IMG/VR virus record: IMGVR_UViG_3300001682_000284
DNA length: 64,000 bases
DNA from: an uncultured virus (IMG/VR IMGVR_UViG_3300001682_000284)
Taxonomy: Duplodnaviria > Heunggongvirae > Uroviricota > Caudoviricetes
Direction: 5' to 3' (one strand)
Below are positions 1 through 9,836 of the stretch, piece by piece. The notes below the pieces were generated by a model that was not told the origin of the DNA, searched no databases, and saw only the letters and a list, made by a program, of their open reading frames with translations. A program made the translations under genes and the position numbers. How positions within the stretch are numbered: the first letter of the stretch is position 1; every line of letters begins with the position of its first letter.

Positions 1-115
1 ACCAATGAATTATAGGCAATCTACTATGCCATAATTCATTTAACATGCATGCTATTTGAGCTCGACACTATTCTACTATTATATCTTTTGGACTAAAATC
101 ATTTATCGTATTCAA
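1..115 (-). CDS. N-terminal part of a possible Mom-like/GNAT DNA-modification protein (runs off the window)
   Basis: TTG start after a GAGG RBS; ...IVE*CRAQIACMLNELWHSRLPIIHW, where the WHSRLP motif resembles phage Mom-like proteins; one in-frame TAG. Confidence 0.4.
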
Positions 116-147
116 TTAACACCTCATATTATAAATTTGAGTATGTG

Positions 148-223
148 TAGTCGGAGCGGGATTCGAACCCTCCTGATATCCTCCGTGACAGGGAGGCGAC
201 CACACCCAGCAGTCCCCACGTCT
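148..223 (-). tRNA. tRNA-Asp(GUC), imperfect acceptor stem
   Basis: Anticodon arm CCTCC-CTGTCAC-GGAGG; T-loop GGTTCGAATCC. Confidence 0.75.
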
Positions 224-242
224 ATATAATATATTATATAAA

Positions 243-318
243 TGGCCTGGAGCGTGGATTCGAACCACCATCTTCCGCATAAACTGTGCGGCTATTCTAC
301 CAATTAAACTAGGTCCAG
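243..318 (-). tRNA. Atypical tRNA, possibly Asn(GUU)
   Basis: D-arm TAGTTTAATTGGTAGAA, arm CCGCA-CAGTTTA-TGCGG (non-canonical A33), GTTCGAATC, CCA end. Confidence 0.55.
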
Positions 319-341
319 ATATTTAAAAATTGTGGATTTAA

Positions 342-399
342 CAGAGACACTTTTTTAGATTCAGTTTCAAGTGAATTTATTTTATTTGCTGTAAGTCTC
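342..399 (-). ncRNA. ACAGC-stem RNA motif copy
   Basis: GAGAC-TTACAGCAA...internal hairpin...GTCTC-TG; same architecture as copies at 4968 and 15059-15714. Confidence 0.55.
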
Positions 400-456
400 A
401 ACCACTTTGAATTTTTGGTGCAGGTGGCAGGACTTGAACCTGCATGATACCTTGAG

Positions 457-532
457 TGGTAGCACGGGCGAGACTCGAACTCGCATAGGCCAGTTCCCAA
501 AACTGGTGACTTAGCCATTAGTCAACCGCACT
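457..532 (-). tRNA. tRNA-Pro(UGG)
   Basis: Arm CCAGT-TTTGGGA-ACTGG, T-arm GCGAG-TTCGAGT-CTCGC, CCA end. Confidence 0.85.
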
Positions 533-1398
533 ATAAATTTATCAATCTTCTATTTCATTAACAGTTTACCATTCTAACTGTTAATTTCATTCCATTCTAT
601 TCTATATACTTCATATTTCTTTGATAGCAAGTCATCTCTTCGTTTATCATGTTCTACTCTATCTGGGTACTTATGTTGCTTACCATCGATCTATAAATCA
701 ATATTATATTTGGGTAAGTAAAAATCCAAGAAGAAGCAACTATTCAAAGACTAATCCAACTATCTTTGCAAAACCTTGTAGTTGTGAATATATTCTATTC
801 CGTTATTATCAAGAACCTTCATGAAGAATTTCTATGGGTAACTAATAATCTTCCGACTAGACCATCCTTTATGATTACCAGTTTGAACTCTTTTCTTAAC
901 AGTGATCGATATACGTTCTCGTATAGCAACATCCCTTCCATTCTATATGAGTCTTTGTGATAAACACTATTTCGAGCAGGTTATATTCCTCTTATGGTAA
1001 AACAATTTTCCACAAATAACACATTGTTTATAGTAGTTAATATTACCATCTTGTTTAAGAGTCTTTGCAATCTTATTCTTAGTCTATTCACTATGTATTC
1101 TACTATTCGCACATGCTCTAGAACAAAACCTCCCAGTTCCAATGTATTCCAAAATAGGGTTACCACATTTCTAACAAAGTTTTCCCTTAATAGAATACAT
1201 CTTTTTCTAAGACTAACAATGTGGACATTTAGTTCTGCTTAATTCTATTACTCTAACAATTTTAGAATAGTTATGTTTTTGACAAATAAACTAAACTTTA
1301 GTATTTCGGTTTTTCTAAACATTGTATCTTGCTTGGCATTGCTTAGAACAAAATTGCTAGTTTTTGGTTGTCTTGCCACAATATTTGCATTGATTCAT
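511..1398 (-). CDS. Zn-finger plus Vsr/DUF559-like (EDxHD-type) homing endonuclease, TAG-recoded
   Basis: Several CxxC/FCSxxC motifs, then SYP*KFF...LDFY...IDL*IDGKQH...HDKRRD; open from ATG 1398 to TAA 511 only if TAG is sense. Confidence 0.8.
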
Positions 1399-1723
1399 AT
1401 TTTAATCTCCTTACAATTATAATTACTGTCGGGAAATAAAAATCGAACCTTTATTTTCACTCTATATACTTAGCCAATTAGGCCACTACTTGAAAAACTA
1501 TAAAGTGGAACGCCTGCCAGATGCAATGATTGGTGTGAAAACCTCGAGGACTTTACGTGCTATCGGCTTATGTTAACGTAGTCAGTGACCCACCGACTAA
1601 ACGATACTTGAAAACTATTCTACCTTATCACCAATCTTCGGGAATAGTTTTCCCACTTTATAATTTTTCAAACAGTATAGCAACCTTTATTTTTTCACGC
1701 TATATTGTATATATAAATTAAAT

Positions 1724-1918
1724 TTACAAACTATTTAATATTTCAACCAAACTGTCAACAGATATAACTCTTATATCGTTAGTCCCGGTATCTCCAGTAT
1801 AAGGATCTTCCCAAATTTGATTCGCAATTTCTATCATATATTCTATATCCAATTTAGAATCATACAAAACAGGACGTTTATAAGTATCACTTATAATTAT
1901 GCAAAATCTTTTATCCAT
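1724..1918 (-). CDS. Hypothetical protein
   Basis: ORF with GAGG RBS. Confidence 0.6.
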   Translation of the reverse strand: MDKRFCIIISDTYKRPVLYDSKLDIEYMIEIANQIWEDPYTGDTGTNDIRVISVDSLVEILNSL

Positions 1919-1935
1919 AATAACCTCACTTTATT

Positions 1936-2009
1936 TGGCAGGGGCAACAGGATTTGAACCCACTCTAATAGATTTGGAGTTCATCGTGCTACCGTTACAC
2001 CATACCACT
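1936..2009 (-). tRNA. tRNA-Trp(CCA), several stem mismatches
   Basis: TGGTGTAACGGTAGCACG D-arm, CTCCAAA loop, GGTTCAAATCC, CCA end. Confidence 0.7.
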
Positions 2010-2055
2010 TTAATTATATTATAACGCAATTTTAAAAAAGTTATATTTTAATCTA

Positions 2056-2172
2056 TGAGGGAAGTGGGATTCGAACACCATGAAACAGAGTTTTACTTAG
2101 AGTAAATTGCTGTTAACATTCACAACAAAAACATTATGCATATCCTGCCTTGGACCACTTGGCTATTCCCTC
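2056..2172 (-). tRNA. tRNA-like gene (Leu/Ser-type D-arm) whose anticodon region is replaced by an insertion carrying an ACAGC motif
   Basis: Acceptor GAGGGAA/TTCCCTC, D-arm TAGCCAAGTGGTCCAAGGC, T-loop GTTCGAATC, about 70 nt between the D- and T-arms. Confidence 0.5.
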
Positions 2173-2185
2173 AATATAAATTACA

Positions 2186-3136
2186 TCATAACTCGATAAC
2201 ATTACCTTCGTTCCATGAAAGGCTAATATTTCCAGAGACTAAGCACTTAAAGGTATTTATCTTTCCGTTTTCATTTTCACACACTTGATCGGAAACCTTT
2301 GAATCTATATTACGATTTATTATTACAGTAGAACGCAATGGTATCATTATATAATCAACAAATCCTAGTGCCGTTGCATTATCTATACAAGTTAAATATC
2401 TAGAGTAATGATTAATATAGCTATCAAATAGTATATTATATTCTTCATCACTCATAATCATTTTGTCTACATCTCGATTATTTATTGAATTTACAGAAAA
2501 ATCATCTTTGAAAATAAGATTTGAAATTCGAACGGAGTCTGAACAAATCATAAAATTATCAATCCATTCTATTAAATCCTGCAAGTTATCATGATTACCC
2601 TTCCATATATTGGTATTTATACGAACTTTTGCTTCGGGATATTCAGATTTGATGCTAGTATAAATTTCCCGCATACTATCAATGGAAATAAATTCACGTT
2701 CATTATGAATAGACACATTGAGATGCGTCAAGCCATATTTGAAAAGATTTAAATACATAGGAACACCATTGTAAATTGTGCATAACTCTATTCCATTTGT
2801 CGTAAGTACTATCTTGTTAAAATTCATATTATGCAACCCATCTACCAACTTAAGTATGTCTTTGTATAATAGAGGCTCTCCACCAAGAATAACACACTCT
2901 TTAATATTATATTTATCAACAAGCTTTTTAATATTAACCAGAGCTTTGTCTAATGGAAGTGCCATTTGCCTATCTGTATTACTATTTATACAATATAAAC
3001 AATGCATTTGGCAATCATTGGTTGCAACTATTGATAAATATGAATTTGGATTGAGATATCTATTAAGATCTTCGTCCCAAATGTACTGTGAATTATCTTT
3101 CAATACTTCTAAATCTGTCAATTTAACTATTGGCAT
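2186..3136 (-). CDS. Radical SAM protein (no in-frame TAG)
   Basis: CQMHCLYC (CxxxCxxC), GGEPLL and LTTNG motifs. Confidence 0.9.
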   Translation of the reverse strand: MPIVKLTDLEVLKDNSQYIWDEDLNRYLNPNSYLSIVATNDCQMHCLYCINSNTDRQMALPLDKALVNIKKLVDKYNIKECVILGGEPLLYKDILKLVDGLHNMNFNKIVLTTNGIELCTIYNGVPMYLNLFKYGLTHLNVSIHNEREFISIDSMREIYTSIKSEYPEAKVRINTNIWKGNHDNLQDLIEWIDNFMICSDSVRISNLIFKDDFSVNSINNRDVDKMIMSDEEYNILFDSYINHYSRYLTCIDNATALGFVDYIMIPLRSTVIINRNIDSKVSDQVCENENGKINTFKCLVSGNISLSWNEGNVIEL

Positions 3137-3379
3137 ATTATATCCCTTCTTGAATCTTATTCTCTACTTAATCTATGCATAGATTATATTTTCAATAAAA
3201 TTAACAGTGGTTATAGGACTTGCACCTATTATTAGTACAGGAATCGAACCTGCGATATCACTAAATTGACACCCATCCCATCTGCCGATGATGCTCTTTG
3301 TTGAAACATATGAACCACTGTGAAATATTATAAAAACATATTAATAATTATATCAGAACATTCTTCGATCACATAATAA

Positions 3380-3568
3380 TTACGTATCATCACAAACAAT
3401 TTCAACTCTATCATTGTTATTTGTAAAACTGCAAATTCTAATTGCATTAACAGAGTCAATATCTAAATATCTTGTAGAGTTTGAAAAGATAGACGTCCTT
3501 AATGCTACATAAACATCCAAATCTTCATCAAATTTATATAACTGTTCTATTAGTTCTTTAATAGTCAT
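3380..3568 (-). CDS. Small hypothetical phage protein
   Basis: AGGAG RBS; MTIKELIEQL...DLDV type small phage ORF. Confidence 0.65.
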   Translation of the reverse strand: MTIKELIEQLYKFDEDLDVYVALRTSIFSNSTRYLDIDSVNAIRICSFTNNNDRVEIVCDDT

Positions 3569-3586
3569 TGCATAACTCCTTTAATA

Positions 3587-3662
3587 TGGTAGCGATGGAG
3601 AATTACGATATCTCGACACAAGGCTCTTCAAGCCTCTGCTCTACCATCTGAGCTACATCGCT
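3587..3662 (-). tRNA. tRNA-Phe(GAA)
   Basis: AGCGATG/CATCGCT acceptor, TAGCTCAGATGGTAGAGC, GAGGC-TTGAAGA-GCCTT, CCA end; unusual T-loop. Confidence 0.85.
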
Positions 3663-3693
3663 AAATCTAATATACTAGTGCGTATATAAAATG

Positions 3694-3774
3694 TGGAGCT
3701 TGGTGTGGGAATCGAACCCAGCTTCTGCCATTCCTATTCGTCAACAGGATAACACATATCCAATGAGACCAAGC
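3694..3774 (-). tRNA. Degenerate tRNA (possible GAC/Val anticodon)
   Basis: GCTTGGT/ACCAAGC acceptor, GGTTCGATTCC, CCA end; poor D-arm. Confidence 0.45.
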
Positions 3775-3971
3775 AAAAGATTAAGATGTGTTGAATTAAA
3801 TCAGGGTAATGAATCCTAAAGTTATTCAAGGTTAATCAACACAATTAACATATTCGGTATAGATGGGTCTCACTTGGAACGAGTCATTACCTCACGCTTT
3901 CGCATATTCCTCACCCTTCTGACCGTCATACCGATAGAGGTTTGAACCTTTATTTCACATCTATAAAATTT

Positions 3972-4047
3972 GTGACGACAGCGGGACTCAAACCCACACT
4001 CTTTGCATTGAAAGTGCAATGACTTAGTCTGTTAGTCGATGCCGTCA
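3972..4047 (-). tRNA. tRNA-Glu(UUC)
   Basis: Arm TTGCA-CTTTCAA-TGCAA; acceptor GACGGCA/TGTCGTC. Confidence 0.8.
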
Positions 4048-4186
4048 TACAATGCATAGGCAGTATTACACAACTTAACCAAGAAGTCTACTTGGATTAG
4101 ACCATTCTGTCACCTATGCCTATATTATTTAATTATTTATATGATGTACACTTTATATCTACATCTTTAACATCAACAGCTACATT

Positions 4187-4273
4187 TGGTACCGTCAAAA
4201 GGATTCGAACCTATTCAGCCTTACGGCACTGGAGCTACAATCCAGCCCAGATCACCATCTCTGGAGTGACGGC
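4187..4273 (-). tRNA. tRNA-Tyr(GUA)
   Basis: CTGGA-TTGTAGC-TCCAG, long variable arm GCCGTAAGGC, CCA end. Confidence 0.85.
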
Positions 4274-4431
4274 ACATTAGTCATACCAATTTAAACATAG
4301 TCCAACCATTACGTTTCATAATGGAAATGGCATCATTAACAGTCCAAGCTTTAATAGGAATGAATCTTTTAACATTAGATTCTACTACTTCGAATACGAA
4401 AGTCACTTTGTTTGTCATATACATTGTTATA

Positions 4432-4540
4432 TCTCCTTTTTTGCTGGGTTGTTTGTATTATAATCATAAATTAAAAAAACGTATAAACCATTATTTAGTG
4501 AACAAATAAAAAGGATGCCGAGTTATTTAAGTCAGCATCC
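4432..4540 (-). repeat. Terminator-promoter-RBS cassette, copy 1
   Basis: About 110 bp nearly identical to 7797-7902; hairpin GGATGCTGAC...CTCGGCATCC-TTTTT, then TATAAT, then AGGAG. Confidence 0.8.
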
Positions 4541-4786
4541 TAAGTATTTTGAGAATATGGTATTATTTTACATTAGGACACCTTCTATTTTGGTTCTCTT
4601 GAATTCAAGAGTGCAAAATAGCCAATGCTATCATGATAGCATTTATACCCTGCTGTATCTGGGTTAGTTAAATTGCGTCTCATTGTAATTTCCTTTTGGT
4701 TTGTTTTATTTTTCATTATAATTCTATTATAGCCATTTTTTAAAAAAGTGGCAAATAATTTTTGCCCATGAGCAAAATACTTATAT

Positions 4787-4860
4787 TGGTAGCGGGAGCA
4801 AGATTCGAACTTGCGTCTCGGGGATATGAACCCCACAAGGAACCACTCCTCTATCCCGCA
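4787..4860 (-). tRNA. Initiator-type tRNA-Met(CAU)
   Basis: GGGG-TTCATAT-CCCC anticodon arm (consecutive G:C pairs), unpaired 1:72, CCA end. Confidence 0.85.
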
Positions 4861-4967
4861 TCAAAATTCAATCTTTTGGTTAGAGATTGATAGAACTAAG
4901 GGTGGGAGTCTCGTACCCTCCACCATTCATTCCCTATGAATGAGATCTTAAAGTTTTGCGGACTTGA

Positions 4968-5032
4968 CAGGGACACTATTTGAGATTCTCAGTTTTTGGC
5001 GAGAATTTAATAAATTTTTGGCTGTTAGTCCC
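4968..5032 (-). ncRNA. ACAGC-stem RNA motif copy
   Basis: GGGAC-TAACAGCC...ATTCTC/GAGAAT hairpin...GTCCC-TG; near-identical to 15059-15121. Confidence 0.6.
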
Positions 5033-5224
5033 AACCGCTTAATAATGTTATTTCTTTTTGGTTTTGAATATCCTTTTAAAGATTTCAGGGAAATCACATA
5101 ATAAAATCATTAACACCAAGGTAGCTAACGCAATTACATCCAATATAATAGTTACATATATCATTGATAATCTCCTAAACAAGGTCAACCTTGCTATTAA
5201 TTATCAATGTCTAGTAGGATTACA

Positions 5225-5536
5225 TCAAAAACTTTTGAAAAGAATCAATGGAATAACAAAAACCACATTAACTGAAACAAAATGTAATAATTCCCATTTC
5301 CAATTATTTTTTATGTATATCCACCATGAAGAAGGTCTTGGATTATCAAGATATCCTATCTTCCAATTTCTAGCATAATTTAAAGTTAGCATTAAGCATA
5401 CGACTACTCCCATCCAAGCCATCTAAAATGAATTTGCTGGATTAGTTCTAGCCCAAGTGATTAGCAGTGCTAAAACTATGCTTATAATCAAAGCTATACT
5501 GCTATGTTTTAATGTGTCCTTAACATGTTTATTCAT
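5225..5536 (-). CDS. Small membrane protein (TAG-recoded)
   Basis: AGGAG RBS, three hydrophobic segments, one in-frame TAG joining to ORF 5225..5422. Confidence 0.6.
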
Positions 5537-5591
5537 ATACAGGTCTCCTTATATTAAGTATAATATAACCTGTTGTTTTTAAAAATGGTAT

Positions 5592-6971
5592 TTATTTTTT
5601 CTTCTTTGCAAAGTATTCTTTAGGGTTTATTGGTGAACGTACCAGCTTAACATTGCCAACTTTTTTCCATTTCCAAGATTTCTCAAAGTTTCCCTATTTA
5701 TCTCCATCTTGTATCCATCCACCTTTCCAAGTTCCACCTTTCCAAGTACCGTAATACCAAATGCCGTCCTACCATGTTCCATTATGCCATGTCGCCCCAA
5801 CCCAACTTCCATTTTTCCAAGTTCCATTATACCAATTTCCACCACTAAATTCTCCGTCATACCAAACACCATTCATCCATTTTCCACCAGACCATCTTCC
5901 ATCTTCCCAAGTACCTTTATTCCAAGTTCCCTGATGATGACTACCAAACTCCCAAGTTCCATCTTCCCATATGCCATTTTGCCAAACACCACCTTTCCAA
6001 GTACCACCCTTCCAAGTGCCATTTTGCCAATCACCCTCATGCCAAGTTCCATTAGTCCAAGTACCTTTTTTCCAAACACCATCGAGCCAAATTTTAGCCA
6101 TCCATATTCCATCTTTCCAAATGCCACCAAACCAATTTTTGGTTCTAGTTCCACCATTCCAAACTTCGTTACTATTCTTTCTTAAGAACTACGGATTATT
6201 GTCATTATATATGTCTGAATCTATCTTATATATTAAATCTTCAGGAGGTTCTAATGTTCCTTGTTTTTTAAATAACCAATCGGTAACAGTGGATATAAAT
6301 GCATTATAATTCACTCCAGCCTAACCATAGCACATCTTAGAAACATCAAATTTAATATCATTGGGATTTTCGATATTAACATATGGAATTATATTAATTC
6401 TCGCTATTGGATATTGGATATTGGTATCACCAGGATAAATAAGATATGCAATTAAAAGCTTATTAACCTACTATTTTACAAGATCAGAATAAATTCCAGG
6501 TTTTGGTCTTTGCGTTCCTTTGGAATATATTCTATTTGTTCCCAAGTCTTTACAACTCGTCCACCCTCTATCAGTAGACATACCAGCAATATCATATGGG
6601 TGTCTAGATATGCATACTATAGGTTTTTGTTTCGTAGTTTGTCTTGCAGGGTCGTTATTGAATGGTTGCAACAACTAGGGTTTAATCTTTTGAAGAACCT
6701 TTCCAACTTTCTAAGTTCTATTATACTTTTTGTTTTTAGCTAAGCCTTTTTCATAGTCTTCCAACTAATACTAATTAGAAGATAAAACCTTTTCTATTTC
6801 TTTTTCTATTTTGCTAGTTTGTTGAATTTTAACATTACCACTTAATGGAACATATACTCTACTTTTATTCCCAAACCAACTTGCAAGTCTCTTTTTATCC
6901 CAATTCTTACTATATTGTTTAGCAACACTTAAAGGAAGTGCCTAGTATATTAAATCCCCAAGTTTTATCAT
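5592..6971 (-). CDS. 459-aa protein with an ISRHPYDIAGMSTDRGWTSC domain and C-terminal GxWxxGxW repeats; probable virion-internal protein
   Basis: One frame joins ORF-track pieces 6471..6674 and 5769..6101 through TAGs; starts MIKLGDLIY*A and ends at TAA. Confidence 0.8.
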
Positions 6972-7047
6972 GTATAAATTTATCTCCTCGTTTAAAAGCG
7001 AATAGATCACTCATAAATCGCTGTTTAAAGGGTTATTTATTTTTCTT

Positions 7048-7403
7048 TGGTGGATCTGACGGGTACTGCCCCCGTGTCTTGACAATCTACTCTAAAGAAA
7101 TTATTTACAAGCTTAGTTTATTCCATCTTTAGTAATCTCTCGAATGGAGGACTTAAACAATCTCATTCGTTCGATATTCCATAATACTCTATTCAGCTAT
7201 TGGAACTCTTCACTGAAAGAGATTGATTATGGTCGTACTACCCTGAGGTACAAATCAATGAACCTCACTCAGAGTAGGCTGTCAATTAAGCAGCAATTTT
7301 GTATTCGTTGCCAGTTATTATACTGTTCGTTTTTTGACTATATAGTAGTCACTCTGCTTGTTTCTTTTATTCTCTTACACCCGTCGAAAGCCAATACAGC
7401 CCC
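7048..7403 (-). ncRNA. ssrA: tmRNA
   Basis: 5' GGGGCTGTATTGGCTTTCGAC, tag ORF GGC AAC GAA TAC AAA ATT GCT GCT TAA (GNEYKIAA), 3' GACACGGGGGCAGTACCCGTCAGATCCACCA. Confidence 0.92.
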
Positions 7404-7412
7404 AAAAATATG

Positions 7413-7787
7413 TTAGTTTATCTTTTCTAATGTTTCTTGCTGTGCGTATATTGTTTTGCCGTAATATGAAGTACCATGAAAATCAGTTTCCCCTTTCATT
7501 CCAGATCCTTTATTACAATAACCTCCATTAATCTTTACATCATAAAACACGTTAGTACCCTTTAGGGGAAGTGTAGGATTGTATGTCCTAATAATCGTGC
7601 CTGTAAGACCCTCGTAATCTCCGTCTATAAGTTTAACCTTTGTGCCTTTAGAAAATGCTCCATATCCATCTGTGTACTTAGCTAAGGACTGTTTCACATT
7701 TTTCATTTTCCTATTTCTAGTTTTTGCCGTGGATGTATTTCGTATCAACGATGCTTCCATTAGCATGTCTTTTAGTTTGATGCTCAT
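7413..7787 (-). CDS. Hypothetical (KOW/SH3-like) protein with MSIKLKDMLMEA leader
   Basis: ORF behind the repeated promoter cassette; KGTKVKLIDGDYEGLTGTI KOW-like segment. Confidence 0.7.
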   Translation of the reverse strand: MSIKLKDMLMEASLIRNTSTAKTRNRKMKNVKQSLAKYTDGYGAFSKGTKVKLIDGDYEGLTGTIIRTYNPTLPLKGTNVFYDVKINGGYCNKGSGMKGETDFHGTSYYGKTIYAQQETLEKIN

Positions 7788-7796
7788 AGTATGTTA

Positions 7797-7902
7797 TCTC
7801 CTTCTTTGCTAGGTTTTTTGTATTATAATCATAAATTAAAAAAACGTATAAGCCATTATTAGTGAACAAATAAAAAGGATGCCGAGTTATTTAAGTCAGC
7901 AT
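7797..7902 (-). repeat. Terminator-promoter-RBS cassette, copy 2
   Basis: Direct repeat of 4432-4540. Confidence 0.8.
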
Positions 7903-8080
7903 GTGGATGGAGTCAATTACGTCGCCTTATTGTCACAAACATCCTTCGTACGAACAACCTTCTGTTGCGTCCCTTACCTGGAGCACTCAAAGGGATTGCC
8001 TACACCAGTTACGGAATAAGCACTATTAAGCTTTGGTATTACTGATAAAAATTGGAACTTGCACCATAAAGAGGTTGATG

Positions 8081-8377
8081 TTAACGATATTTAGAATATA
8101 TATTTTCAAATTCTTTGAATCCTTGTATAAGGTTAAATCTTTTTTTGGCCGTATTGTGGTCTTCTGTTGCTAATACTTCGATATCATTGCGAGTAAAGCG
8201 TTTATTGTTATACATTTTCGAAAAATATGTATACATTCGCTTCTTATCATTGCTATTTATACTTGGATCATCGGCAATTATCCAGTTAAAAAAATCCCAA
8301 GATTTTTTTAATGTCTACACTCCATAGTAATCAGATTCTTTCTCTGTATACTACTTTAAAAGGGTTGATAATTTCAT
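8081..8377 (-). CDS. Hypothetical protein with MKLSTLLK*Y leader (TAG-recoded)
   Basis: GAGG RBS; open to TAA 8081 with TAG as sense. Confidence 0.65.
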
Positions 8378-8433
8378 ATTAATTAATCCTCTACGGGTAT
8401 ATCTCTTATACAAAAGTTAATTCTTGTTGAGTA

Positions 8434-9003
8434 TTATTCATTATTTAATAGCTCTCTTATGTATTCTACTAATTGCTATCTTGTCATTGGAGCCACAACT
8501 CTCCAATCCCTTTGTGGCTTAATATTAGGATTGAGCTTCTTTAATCCACTCATTACCCAATGTACGCTCATCATTGTTTTGGAGCCTTGTGAAAGTCTTG
8601 AACCATTACCACGACCAGAGGCTCTTCCATAATCGGCTTGGGAATTATGCTTCTATGCAACTAATATTCCGTTGACATAAATGTTAACAGAATTTCTATA
8701 AGTATTGGACTTCTTGAATGTAAATTTGTATTTATCAACAGTAGGATTATCTAGCTCCTATAAAAAGTTATTGGTTGTATCCAACATATAACTTTTAGGG
8801 TTAGCAACTTTAGCTCTGTTTTTAAACGAAGATTTAATTACCGTTGCTTTAACTCCGGGGAATAAATCTCCTATATAATTATGGTACCACCAAACCTTTC
8901 CTAGAGAATCACACCCACCAATCTACTTTCCATTAATATATATGTAGTAATCACTTTGTGTTACTTTGTATCCTTCTGTTAATAAAGATTTCAATTTTAT
9001 CAT
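8434..9003 (-). CDS. Hypothetical protein with MIKLKSLLTEG leader (TAG-recoded)
   Basis: Open for 189 codons with TAG as sense. Confidence 0.65.
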
Positions 9004-9011
9004 TTAGTTTC

Positions 9012-9275
9012 TTACCCCTAGATATACTCTTTATACGCCTTTCTTGCATCTATATTAGCCCACTATTTCGGAATAATAATTTTTGGAATATTATTTGTTT
9101 CAATATAATTAATTAACTATAATTTCGTACTATTATCTATGGGCTAATGATCTTTTAATACAAAGAAAAATGCTTCTCCAGAGTCACGGGACTTTTTATA
9201 CCGGTTCTTCCACTACCAATATAAAGTTGTGATGCTAGCATTGCCCTACGTGATTAAATCTTTTAGTTTTTTCAT
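9012..9275 (-). CDS. Hypothetical protein with MKKLKDLIT*G leader (TAG-recoded)
   Basis: Open for 87 codons with TAG as sense. Confidence 0.6.
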
Positions 9276-9350
9276 ATATTCATGTCCTTTATTCAAATTG
9301 TCTTTATATATTAATTACTATCGCGAGATATTAATACCTATTATTATTTT

Positions 9351-9836
9351 TCACAATTTCTACCACTTTTTCTAATACCATATCCATGTGCCACGCAGGA
9401 ATATACCATTCTTGTCTACTGGCATCTTTGATAGCTATTGTGCTGGACCAACTAGTAGATTAATACTATTACCAAATATATTAGCAATATCCATTGCGTT
9501 ATCTATATTATATTCATTGAACCAATGATAGTGCTTCATATAATATGATAGATCAAAATCAGGATATGTATTAGTGAGATATCGTAGCATGCGTATGGTG
9601 AACTGTCCACGACCTGCACATAGATCGATATTATATTTATTTGGTAATGGTGGACATAACTATATCATATGATCTACTATTTGCAATGGGGTGAATACCT
9701 ATCCCATCTATTTCTTATTCTTAGTATTAATAGCAAATGGTGTATGCTATAGTATTGGAAATATAGTCATATCTATATCTGGTGATAGTCCAGTATATTT
9801 CTTGAATCTAGTCTATAGTTCGGATAGTGGTTTCAT
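9351..9836 (-). CDS. Small N6-adenine-methyltransferase-like SAM-binding protein (TAG-recoded)
   Basis: MG*VFTPLQIVDHMI (GEVFTP motif) and IDLCAGRGQF (motif I); no NPPY seen. Confidence 0.7.

Noticed and set aside
309..518. ORF-track ORFs over RNA genes (309..518, the 5' part of 4585..4836, 6938..7132, 7144..7416, 15393..15674)
   Set aside because: They overlap tRNAs, tmRNA or RNA motifs and lack RBS or protein motifs
5700..6150. CRISPR-like array
   Set aside because: The 15-nt periodicity comes from protein repeats; there is no constant repeat with unique spacers
5627..6309. Overlapping ORFs 5627..5872, 5709..6185, 5873..6157 and 5971..6309
   Set aside because: Shadow frames of the GxW repeat gene 5592..6971
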